In this document: positions 12,276 through 23,000 of the stretch, one piece after another
How the letters are laid out: every line of letters starts with the position of its first letter
Numbering within the stretch: the first letter of the stretch is position 1
Assembly (NCBI RefSeq): GCF_036321535.1
Contig: NC_087437.1
Span: forward strand, 14,758,001 to 14,822,000
Direction: 5' to 3'
DNA length: 64,000 nucleotides
DNA from: Camelus dromedarius
Taxonomy: Eukaryota
Position numbers and translations under genes: made by a program
Notes under the pieces: model-generated
Database searches by the model: none
Seen by the model: the letters and a program-made list of their open reading frames with translations, nothing else
What the model was told of the DNA's origin: nothing

Positions 12276-15120
12276 ACTTGCCCATGAAGTAAAGAGTAAG
12301 GTACCAGAGAGAAAGAAAAGCATTTGCATGCTCCCTGTACTCTCAGCCTGTCCCTGCTTTTCTAGCCCAAGCAGGATGACAATCCTATTGACCTACTGAC
12401 CTGGGACTGATTCAGAAGCAGAAAATGCCAGTCCATTTCACATCTACTATTTGGGTCATGAAATAGGATTAGGACTGGAGTTAGGGTCAGACAGGATAAT
12501 GGTGCCTTGCCAACATAATTATATCCTTTGCACTCTGTGATCAAAATGACTGAGTCAGGAGGTTTTGCTTTGTGTCGGACCTCATTCCAACTGGCTCCCA
12601 AAGAGGCCACACAGGGTAGTTTTAGCTTGATGAATTTACCACAGAGCTGAACCTATTTCACAGCCAAGTCAGTGTTCTGAGGTTTGTCTGCCTAGAGAAG
12701 ACTGACTCTCAGCAATCCAACTCATAGGAGACTGAAGTATAAAACCAGATACCCATATACTCATTAACAATTAGTGTTAGTTCTTCAGTAACTGGATGGC
12801 TCCTCCCTCAACTGGAGCACCCTTTTCCCAATATCTGGAATCCCAGGGAGCCAAATCAGTCATCCTCAGGCTGGTTGGTTTGTGTATCCCTAGAGTTACA
12901 GGAGGCAGATTTCATCCAAGTCAGGGTGGGACTTGGTGAGTCATCTCCGCCTCACAGCAGGCACTGTATGAGCTCCAGTTTCATGTTGCACTTTCTTGGA
13001 CAGCAGTGGGTAATACGTGCCAATTTCTAGCCTCTTGGATTTACCCTGTTTCTTTATCCTTTTTATTTGCCAGCCTCGTTCTTTATCTTTGTTTCATGAA
13101 TTCTCCCTACAATACAATTGATTAGGTTGCTGATTATTCAGTTGTCACATTCCAGCCTTGCCCCCTGAGATTACATCGCAGAGGTCACCTTGATGGGTGG
13201 GCGGCTTGTTCCCAAGCTCTTCATTCATTTGTGGAATTTTTTGTTTATTCTTGGATACATTAGGTTGAACTACATGACACTGCTCTTTTGGTAGGTTCAT
13301 GTGGTTCAATAAAAAGCAGACCAGACCCACTAGGGGTGAACTCCCTTTTGCAAGCCTTGGCGGTAGGTGTGTATGTGTGTGTTTGTGTCCGGGGGGTGGG
13401 GGTGGGGGGCAGGAGGTCATGCATGGCAGCCTGTTACCTCTCTCTGGAAACAGGCTTTTCTGGGCAGCCCCTGGGGTCTGGGACCTCGTCCCTCTTGCTA
13501 TCCATTCATCCTCCAACTAGAACCCTAATGTCAGGAATGAGCTAATCAAGGACTTGAGGTTGAGGGAGAAGGTCAAATCCTCTGCTATACGTGACAGAGT
13601 ATGTGTTCTGAAGCCAACAGGGCACAATATTAAGGAACACTTAGTCTGTGGTTTGTGTAATCTCATTAATGTGGAAAACTGGGGACTAAGGGAGACATTT
13701 TACAAGTGGCCAAATGCCTATGTGATGTAGGCTGTATGCCCAACACTTTTCCCACCTGCAAGTGTTTTCAAGGAGCCATCATTGTTTGTATACTTGTGTG
13801 TCTGCTTCCAGCTGTCAGCTTACCATATGGCAAACTCTGTGAGGGCAGGGCCTCTATCTGACTTACTTATCCCTAATTCTTAGCATCAGGTCTGGCATAC
13901 AATAGGTGCTCATTAAATACACATTTTACATAAGTGAATGAGTTAATGAATGAATGAAACGTTAAACAACAAATCCCGAAACTGCCAAGAAAGCATCAAA
14001 CTCCCTTACCAAACAAAAGGTCTCTGGGCCCTTAAAGGTCAGGAGCCAGGCTGCCTGGAGAAGTCAGCAGACGTTCCCCAAGGAGGTGACCTGCAAACAG
14101 TTGCTCCCTGGTTAGAAAATGCTGGTGGAACATCTCAGGCAGTAGCTTAGTCCCTCACAGATATGAAAGGAAGCCACAAAAGAAAAGTTGTTCCCCATTT
14201 CCTGGCAAGCTCTTTGGCCAGCATGAGCTGCATTCCTTTGAGCTGAGCATGTGTGGAATTTCCAGCCTAGGTAGCAGAATGGAACTTGGAAAAAATAGCT
14301 CAGCGAAAAAAGAACCCGGGGACAATGGGGCTGGGCCCAGCTGCCCTGTGCCAGCTCTTGAGCTCACGGAATATTGGAGCTCAGTGAGCCTTGTCGAGGG
14401 AGATAGATGATGTCCTTTGGACTGTACCACTTCAGAGGACTCAGAGAGAAATTTTCGTGTTCAGACAGCATTACGAGCTTTAAAGATGTGCTGAAATATC
14501 TGAGAATGGTCCAAGTCCCCACCACTATTCAACTTCCCACCTAGCAAGGACAAATGAAGGCCTGTTTTGCTTTAAAGATGGGGAAGGTACAAACATCGAG
14601 AACCAGAGGATGACGATGAGGACAGGGTGATGATGAGGGTTGTGGTGATGGCTGGATTCAGGGCCCTGGAACCTATCTGGAGGAGAGTAGCAGGGGAGAT
14701 TTAAGAGGAAGAACTGGTACGAATATATGCTGTCAGTTTCAGGGCAGGAAATTTAAAGAGGAAGAGACCAGCTAATGGAAGAGAGAATTAACTACAGATA
14801 ATGACACAACCACAAAGACCCCGGTGTCTCTACTGGGCTAACCTGAGTTTCTTACATACCAGCAAGTTTGGGAAGCATGCCATCAAGCACACTGAACAGT
14901 GTCTGCATTAACCCTCAACTCTGGTTGTCCCCAAGTCATTAATTCCTTCAAGACACTGACACATTGATGCAGATCTAAGAAAGGGAAGACTCTATTTCAG
15001 TTATTCATACCTAGATCTTTTCTTCTAGATTACACAGGAGTTAAAGGCAGAAATGACAAATTACTCTTCCTAGAATAATACACACTGCTTTAAATATAGC
15101 TAAATAGATGCTTCACAGAT

Positions 15121-15215
15121 GAGGGAAGGAAGGAAAGATGGAAGGAAGGAAGGAAGGGAGAGAAGGAGAGAGGAAGGAGGGAAGAAAATGGGGGAGAAGA
15201 AGGAAGAAAAAGAAA
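15121..15215. repeat. Purine-rich (GGAA)n/GA low-complexity tract
   Basis: Almost only G and A for ~95 bp. Confidence 0.85.
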
Positions 15216-17079
15216 TTTGACCAGAGATATTAAGGAAGGTGGGGATGGGGGCAGTACTTAACTTGGCCTGCATCACAAGGAAAGTGGTGTCACAGAAGGA
15301 AGTTACTTAGCAACCCATCCTGCGTTGTTGGGGGCAGTTTATGTTTTGGGAATAAGTGTGTGAGCTTACTGTTGGCTGAGGCCAGGTCCTTGATTTGCTT
15401 CTTGGACAAATTCTGGACTTAGTTCTTTAATATTGGGGGTGTGGGGGCAAACTTTAGCGGGAAACTGTAACGGAAAAGACAAAGAAGTAGCTCCATTTAC
15501 TGACTGTGCTCTGTCTGTGTTGGTGCCCCACAAGGCTACTAACATATGTCTGAGTCATTTCCTCAGTAGTTGTGACAGTTCTCTCCTCTGTCTTTAGGAG
15601 GAGGAAGTGGAAAGTTTAATACCTTACATTAGACTCCTTTTTCATATGCAAAGATTCATTTCATTCTAAAGGCCCAGAAGGTACTTAAAATAGTACAACC
15701 AGGTATAGCATGGGCATTTTGTCTCCATCTCATGATACACTATTCCCCTCCCTTAATCAGAGATAAAAAGCTAATGATAAATTACAGTCATCATTTAGAC
15801 CGAAGCCAGGGCAGGGGGCACCATTTAAAAGTACTACGAAATCATTTATTGCAATCAATGTGTATTAACCACTGTGCTGGGCAGCTAACAGGTACTCTTT
15901 CCCCACATATTTTTGCAAGAGCTAACATCTCCATTTTACAGATGAGGAGCTTGAGGGTCAGGTTTATTTAGTTTGACCTTGGTAGTATCTAGTAGAGGGC
16001 GGAGTTCAGATAAAATCAATCCCCTTTTGTCTACCTACTGGCTTACTAATCTTTTAGTAAATGAAAACTAAACTTCAAACCCACCGTGCCCACCCGCTTT
16101 CATGATAATCATCCCGTATGATGAAAATTAATGGTTGCCGGACTGTTTCAGAAGGTAAAAGTACAGAAGCGAGCAGAGGGGATAGTACCATCTTCAACAT
16201 AGCTAGCCTTTCCACGGTGCCTTTCCATCCCTCTAAAGCTCAAACGATTGCAAGGCCGCAGCTCGCTCTGGGCGAGCAGACACACGTGTACCCTACGCAT
16301 GCGCCCAGACGAGACCTACCCGCCCCTTCGACCAGACCCCTTCAGCCAAGTCACCAACCAGCCCTCTAAATGCCCGCCCTCAGGGCTAAATCCTCGGCCA
16401 ATTGAGATGCAAGATCATCTTACACGTCACTTATTTAGCATATACCCTCTCCCCGCCCCCAAGTTACGGCCCCGCCCACTCAGAGGCAGGGATTGTCGCC
16501 TAAGAGCTTCGTCCTGCCACCTGATTGGCTCCTCTGCCAGCTCCGCCTCTGTCTCCTCCCACCGCCCTCCCCTCCACGCTCCCACAGCGGGCGGAGCTAA
16601 GTACGCCGGCGCAGGGGCACCCTCTCTTTTTTGGTGGCCCGCCCTCCCTCCTCCCCCTCCCTCCCCTCCCCATCCCCTCTCCCCTCCTCTCCGGGCCTGC
16701 GCGCGCGCGTCTTCCTCCTGCACGCGCCGCCACTACCCGAGCACTCTCGCCGGAGCCTCTGGCCCGCGCGTTCCTTTTCCTCTCCGGCTGCGGAGCGGGC
16801 GGGATCCTGCACCGCAGTCGCGGAAGCAGCGGCAGCTCGGCCGGACACGGGCAGCGGCGGCGGCAGCGGCGCGCGAGCCCCCAGGCAGACCGTACCACCG
16901 CTCACCAGCACGCGGGGGGAGCCGGCCGCCCCGCCGCACACGCCTCGACGACTCCGCGGGGCTGAGGCGTCGCCGCGCCCGGGAGCGTGATCGCCGAGCC
17001 GGCGTCGACCCCCAGCTCCGAGCCCCGCGGGCCGCGCCTGCCGGCGGCCCCACCCATCCGGGCCGAGGAGGCCGCGGCC

Positions 17080-17340
17080 ATGGCCGAGACGGAGGAGCGG
17101 AGCCTGGACAACTTCTTCGCCAAGAGGGACAAGAAGAAGAAGAAGGAGCGGAGCAACCGGGCGGCGAGCGCCGCGAGTGGCGCCGGCGGGAGCAGTGGAG
17201 CCGCGGGCGCTGGCGGGAGCAGCGGAGCCGGGGGCTCGGCTGGCGGTGGCGCCCGGCCGGGCGACGGCGGGACCGCGGGCGCTGGGGCCCGGCCAGGCGA
17301 CAGCGGGACCGCGGGCGCCGCCACCAAGGCCGTGACGAAG
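17080..17340 (+). CDS. CDV3: CDV3 coding exon 1 (MAETEERSLDNFFAKRDKKKKKERSNR...AATKAVTK)
   Basis: ATG in strong Kozak context (gcggccATGg). Translation matches the known CDV3 N-terminus. Donor AAG|gtgagg at 17341. 261 nt, phase 0. Confidence 0.97.
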
Positions 17341-17410
17341 GTGAGGAGCCGGGAAGGCCAGGAGTCGGGGCCCGGGCCGCGCGCTTGCGCCCATGTGCCC
17401 GCCCCCGCCC

Positions 17411-17411
17411 G

Positions 17412-17450
<39 letters not shown>

Positions 17451-17460
17451 ACCTGCCTGC
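17411..17460 (+). repeat. (GCCT)10-ACCT-GCCT tetranucleotide microsatellite in CDV3 intron 1
   Basis: Directly visible. Confidence 0.95.
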
Positions 17461-18096
17461 GGGGAGCGTCCGGGAGGGGCCGCCGGGGGCCGGCCAGCGG
17501 GCGGACGGGCGCGGAGGCTGGCCACGTGACGCGGGCTTCTCACGGCGGGCTGGCTGGCTCTCCCCGCGGGACCCCCGCTCCCGTCTCATGTCGCCTGGCT
17601 CGAGCCAGGACGCAGGGAGGCAGCGGCACCCTCTCGAGGAAGTCGGTCCGGGTCCAGAGTGCCCAGCACAGAGCCGCATCTATCGAGTGACGTCTACTCT
17701 GAGTAACTGAGCGTTCTAACTTGCCAGTAGTCTGAGCTGCATTTTCTAACAATCACTTGTATGGCAGCTGTAATTGGCGCGACTTGGTCTCGAAACCAAA
17801 AAGTCTCATGGCAACATTGAGCTAGACGTTTAGTTGTGGGATTGCTTCTTCATTCGGCTTTTCCGGGTTACCTTTAAAGTAACAGGTCTCGTGAAGGAAC
17901 CCGTTGGAAGTAACAGTGTTTGACTGCTGGACACGTTTGTCCTCCAGCCTGGTCGGCCTTGGAAATGAGCAAGGACTTTGGCCAGAAAACGAGTCCACAC
18001 TTCAGGCTCCAGCCACTTGATCCCTTTTTATAGTCTGATAGTTGTTTTAGTTGTGTTTTTGCAGCTTTAATTGATCAAACAGTACATGTTTTACAG

Positions 18097-18173
18097 GATG
18101 AAGATGAGTGGAAAGAATTTGAGCAAAAAGAGGTTGATTACAGCGGCCTCAGAGTTCAAGCAATGCAAATAAG
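18097..18173 (+). CDS. CDV3: CDV3 coding exon 2 (DEDEWKEFEQKEVDYSGLRVQAMQI)
   Basis: Acceptor ttttacag|, donor AG|gtatga. 77 nt. Frame continues from exon 1 and matches CDV3. Confidence 0.97.
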
Positions 18174-18310
18174 GTATGATCTGGTTACAGATGTGTTTAG
18201 ATAACCCACAGGATAGATATTGTATGTTTGAGGTTTTTCAGCCCTGAAACAGCATCGCAGTAGACTTGTACTTTAGGTATGCTTATTAGGGCTCTAATGC
18301 TTTGCCTGTT

Positions 18311-18355
18311 CCTCCTTCTCCTCCTCCTCCTCCTCCTCCTCCTGCTGCTGCTGCT
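18311..18355 (+). repeat. Compound (CCT)n(GCT)4 microsatellite
   Basis: cct cct tct (cct)8 (gct)4, directly visible. Confidence 0.9.
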
Positions 18356-18450
18356 CTCTCCGTGATGGCAGTCCTTCTCCACGCTGATCAAATTAGCTGC
18401 CAACTTCAAAATCCTGTGAGAGCTTGCCTGCTTCAAATCTTAGGCCTTTT

Positions 18451-18594
18451 GTTTTTGGTTTTGGTTTTTTGGGGGGCGGAAGTAATTGAGTTTATTTTAG
18501 AGGAGGTACTGGGGACTGAACCCAGTACCTTGTGTATGCAAAGCATGCGCCCTACACTTGAGCTATTTCCTTCCCTGCCCCTGCCCCCCTTCCG
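18451..18594 (-). mobile_element. Vic-1-like SINE in CDV3 intron 2
   Basis: TSD TAGGCCTTTT at 18441-18450 and 18595-18604. Confidence 0.88.
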
Positions 18595-18713
18595 TAGGCC
18601 TTTTATTTGAGCAGCTAAAATGGATTTTTTATTTTTAATATTAGTGGGTTGAACTTAGTTTTTCTTTTTGTTTCAAAAATAGCATGGGTGGTTTTCAGAT
18701 CTCTGACAAGTTT

Positions 18714-18750
<37 letters not shown>
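18714..18750. repeat. (TA)n(TG)n microsatellite
   Basis: Directly visible. Confidence 0.9.
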
Positions 18751-19880
18751 AATTGAAGCACACTTACAGGGAAATACAGATTTTCATATTCACACAGTGA
18801 AACCAACTTGTGTGATCTGCATTTAGGTCAAGAAACTGAACATTTCTGGTAGAGAAGGCTCCCCTCAGAATCCCTTGTAGTCACTGTTTTTACCCTCAAA
18901 TAACCACTATCCTAACACTAGTTTTCCCTAGAATTTTATAGGAATGGAGTCATAGTCTAAACATGTTATTTTTAAAGTTCAAGAAAACGGTAATTTCTGA
19001 AAATTGGTTTGGTTGGTTTAGAGGATTGGAAATTAATGTTTTATCAAGTCCAAATATATGGTAGTCACATGAATTTTAGATTCATGTAAATAAATGTCAT
19101 GTTCTGAGGGTCTTGTAGAAAAACCAGGTGAATATATGGTTCCATTGGTTTAAGATTAAAAACACTTTATTCCCAGTTCCAAGAAATAAGTGATCCTGAT
19201 GCACCGCCTCTCCGAAGTTTGCGATTTACGACAGTTATTGGGCACCTACCACAGCTAAGTGTTAATGTCCTCAGTTCTTTCACATCATTTCTTGAGCTTA
19301 ACCAAAGTGAAACCTGATTGATAGTGGGGAACTTTTAGGAAATGCAGCTTTCCACACTTGTAATACTTTGTGGTGGTGTCAAGTAGAAGTGATTAGACGG
19401 GAGTTTTATTTCCAACCACTTCTTGGCTTCCTTCGTGTGTTAAATGTTTTTGAAGAGGTGTAGTTTAGAAAATACCCACTTTCTTTCTCCTGGGGCTTGA
19501 CCTTTAAAAATGGAGAGAGAGGGAAGTGAAGTTATTAAACAGCTATTTGTGGCTGTGTAACTGCCTGTGTGTTTGTTCCTCTGTTGTGTTGTAGAGTAAG
19601 GCTCTTGCTTGGCCTTTCCTTACTGCAGGCCCTGGGCTGCATGTTCTCGCCTGGAAGACTTGAATGACTGGAAGGATAGTGCTCAGTCAGGTTGAACTTA
19701 ACTGAGCAAGAGTAGCCGTTTCTGAGGGGAGAAAGTTCATTGAATGCTGGAAATTGATTTTGTTATAATATGGATGATATTCAAACTGTCTGTACCTGTT
19801 TTTGTCATTGAATTTATATCCCATATCCCCTCGGTTATTTTCTCCTTCATTTTTGGCTACTCATGAGTTGGTAAAACATT

Positions 19881-20064
19881 TCTTTTGGGGACAGGGGAGG
19901 TAATTAGGTCTATTTATTTATTTATTATTTTCATTATTTGTTGTTAGGTCTGTTGATTTATTAGGTTTTTTTGGTTGTCGGTTTTTTAATGGAGGTACTG
20001 GGGATTGAACCCAGGACCTCATGCATGCTAAGCATGCTCTCTACCACTGAGCTGTACCCTCCCC
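19881..20064 (-). mobile_element. Vic-1-like SINE in CDV3 intron 2
   Basis: ggggaggtaattagg tail and ggaggtactggggattgaacccaggacc...ctaccactgagct head. Confidence 0.88.
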
Positions 20065-23000
20065 TGAGACCAGCTTTTACATTGTGGGATTTTAATTTAT
20101 TACGCTTAATCTCTAGTCACTGCTCCTAAGTGGCCATTCAGAGGTCTCTTACTCACTAACACTGAAAAATATACATTCTTCAGGGAGATACTTTGTGGAT
20201 TCTCAGTCACTGTGGAGTCTGGGGTCTATTTCCATTGCTTCATAAAGAAGGGGAATCTCACAGCTTCCAGGAGGAACCGCAGATGAGCCATAGTCTCTCC
20301 TGTGCTGTTCAGGGTCAACTGTGTGCTGAATATCATTGTAAACTTTGTATTAAATGTTCTTGACAGTGAAACTTGATAGAGTGGGGGTCCCTAAGGAAAG
20401 AGACATACTGGTTCAGTAGGTTGGGAAACAGGTTATCCTACAAATAGGATGTAGTTGATAATGTGGCAAAAACATGGACTTTAGGGGGAAACAAACCTGG
20501 GCATTTTAGCCCTGATGCTTATGTGTGACCTTAGACAAGTCACTTGTGAATGTTCTTATCTGCAAAATTGAGACTACTCAGAACTGTTCTGAGGATTTTG
20601 AAAGGGATGTTTGTAATACATTCACTTGGTTAATATTAATCATCTTGTCTTGAATTAGAACGACTTACTCTTGGGAATTTCTCTGCTGTTTAACCATGAG
20701 GCACCTGATTTATTAATACCAAGATGTGCGGAGAAGGGATAGTGGAGGCACACAGTAATTACCGTGACTGAAGTCATACTGAGTCAGTTCACTGTGGGCT
20801 TAACAGGAGAACTTGGCGTGTTCAGGTTGGCGTTAGTGTAGCCATACAGAAGTCCCTCTCACCTAGAGGTCTGGATTGTCGTGTATGGCTTAGTCTTACC
20901 TTTTGGGCGGAAGCTCTTAGAAGGGAAGAGAAATGAGATTTCTCTCTTCTGGGAAAGTGGGGGCGGTTATGCCTTTAATTTGTTGTTGTTTTCTATCCAT
21001 GAGACGGGCAGCCTTACTATTTCACTGTGGGACAAGGGAAAATGGAACTTTGGAAATGGACTTAAAATATCTTGAAAGTCTCTTTCTATAGTCTATTTTT
21101 TCTTCTCCAAACTTTTTGCTTTGAAAAATCACAAGCCTCAGAAAAGTTGCAGTAGTAGAATAAATATCCTTATACTTTTGACTTAGATCTGTCTACCAGG
21201 TATTTTTGCCACATTTGCTGTCTCTCGTTAGCTGCAGTTATTACATACAATATTAAAAGTTCTTGGCAGTAGTTCTTAGTGGGTTATGAGCATGCTGGAC
21301 CTTTATCAAAGATAAGTGTGCATTTGAAAAGGGGGAGGTTTTCAGTAGCAGCAAATGGTACTGCATTCATGCCCTAGCTCGTGTTTACCAACTAGCTCAG
21401 GATTTAAGTACTAAGAGTATTATGAGGTTGTGGGTCAAATTTTGTGTCTAAGTTAATAAATCCTACTCATGGTTATGGCATTGTTTACAGACAGGTTCTG
21501 AGAGGAAACCATTGAGATGGTGATAAAAGAAGGGGCCCAGCACTTGAACTTAGATCACTGGTTGAGGGTAGTACGTCTAGGCCTCTCCCATCTTTAAAAT
21601 GGATTTTGGGGAGAAAGATTTCATTTACTTGATGTTACTAACTGTTGAGCATTTGTCATGTTTCAATAAAAAATTGAGTCCTTGGAGTCCAGTGGTTTCT
21701 GGGACTCTTAAAAAAATCTAGACCTTTAAACCCATTAGTTAGAGCTAGTTAAGTTGTCCTTTGAAGAAATTACCCCAGCTCTAAGCTGGATTCACCATAG
21801 CAAATTCGTGTGACTACTGTGTGCCAGACTTTGGGCATCATGGGCATCATTGTGGGTCTTGGAGTTGTAAAAATAACTCATACTCTGCTGAACGCCAGTG
21901 GATCATTTGAGTAATGTGTAGGGGCTGTCGAGTCCAGGAGCGAGGCTACCGGGAAGGGGTCAAGAGTTCTTGGACGAGATGCAGTGACATTTCAAACCGC
22001 TGGACATAGCTCATCGGGCCACTTCTGTCTCCCCACTTTACTGTTGTAACTGTGGTTGGATAAAAGGGTCAAAAGAATGGAGCTGCCCAGCATTCCAGCA
22101 GAAGTGCAGTCAAGTCTGCGCTTTGTTTTAGCTGCTTCCCCCCTCGTGTTGGGAAAAGGGGAGTTAGGATGCATAAATTCTCCTGTAATGTCCATTGAGA
22201 TAAGGAGGTAAGAATATTGTGTTCTTTGTAAATACACTGCTGTAGGATGTGTGGTTCTGATAGTCTTACTAAAGAAAGTGGATTTCTCAAAGCTGAAGAT
22301 TCAGAAAATCTCTGTATCATGTCTTATAGAGCTATAAAGAGGATAAAATCAGATAAGAGGCAGTCTGAAAAAAGGTCCTACAGTCCCATTGACTTGGCTC
22401 TCCTACTTTGGAGCCCTGGGGAAGGTACTTAAATGCCTGAATGTCAGTTTCCTCATATGTACAATGGGTCTTCTCCCTGCCTTGGTGTTACTGCAAGGTT
22501 TAACTTTGCAAAGCTGGCCATGGTAGCTACTCAGTAAATACTGCCTTTTCTAGCATTGTCATTCCCCCATCCCACCAATAGTGCCTTACAGATTTATGCA
22601 TATTTAAGACAGTATACTTTGAATTTACAGTAATATTGTAGTTTTAAAAGCATCTAATTTAGCTGATGAGAAGCTGTATGTTATATCTGGGTCAAACACC
22701 AAATTTTAGCCTAATTGTTTTCTGTGGAAAATTTCTTGCAACATGTTTATGGTTTTCTTGCTCTGGCATTTGGAGATTGGGCATTTTCTGGAATGTGCGA
22801 ATAGGAAAAAGTAATAGGATATTTAAATCATATCTATTCCTGCTGTTGGTACTATGACATTTTGGCAAGATATTAGGATCTGTGGACCTTATTTCCCTCT
22901 GTTGGTTGAAGTATTTTGACTAGGCAATTTCCAGTGTTTAGTTTAGCTAATACTTTAGAATCTTAAGAAGCCAAAATACTAAGTTGTCTTCTTGTGCCTA

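Larger units (their letters stand above)
16250..17790. promoter_or_regulatory. CDV3: CpG island and promoter of CDV3
   Basis: Very GC- and CpG-rich compared with the flanks. Contains E-box CACGTG 16283-16288, NRF1-like CGCATGCGC 16296-16304, CCAAT 16398-16402, CRE-like CACGTCA 16423-16429, reverse CCAAT (ATTGG) 16524-16528 and several GC boxes. Spans exon 1. Confidence 0.9.

Noticed and set aside
1..16200. Short ORFs upstream of CDV3
   Set aside because: No recognisable protein similarity or consistent exon structure, and many overlap MaLR, SINE, L1 or LTR remnants.
16248..17690. 480-aa ORF and several overlapping ORFs on both strands
   Set aside because: They lie in a GC-rich CpG island where stop codons are rare, have low-complexity R/P/A/G translations, and run through a microsatellite. 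Only 17080-17340 matches a real protein.
18197..18610. Poly-Arg and poly-Pro ORFs in CDV3 intron 2
   Set aside because: They are translations of the (CCT)n(GCT)n microsatellite and the adjacent SINE.
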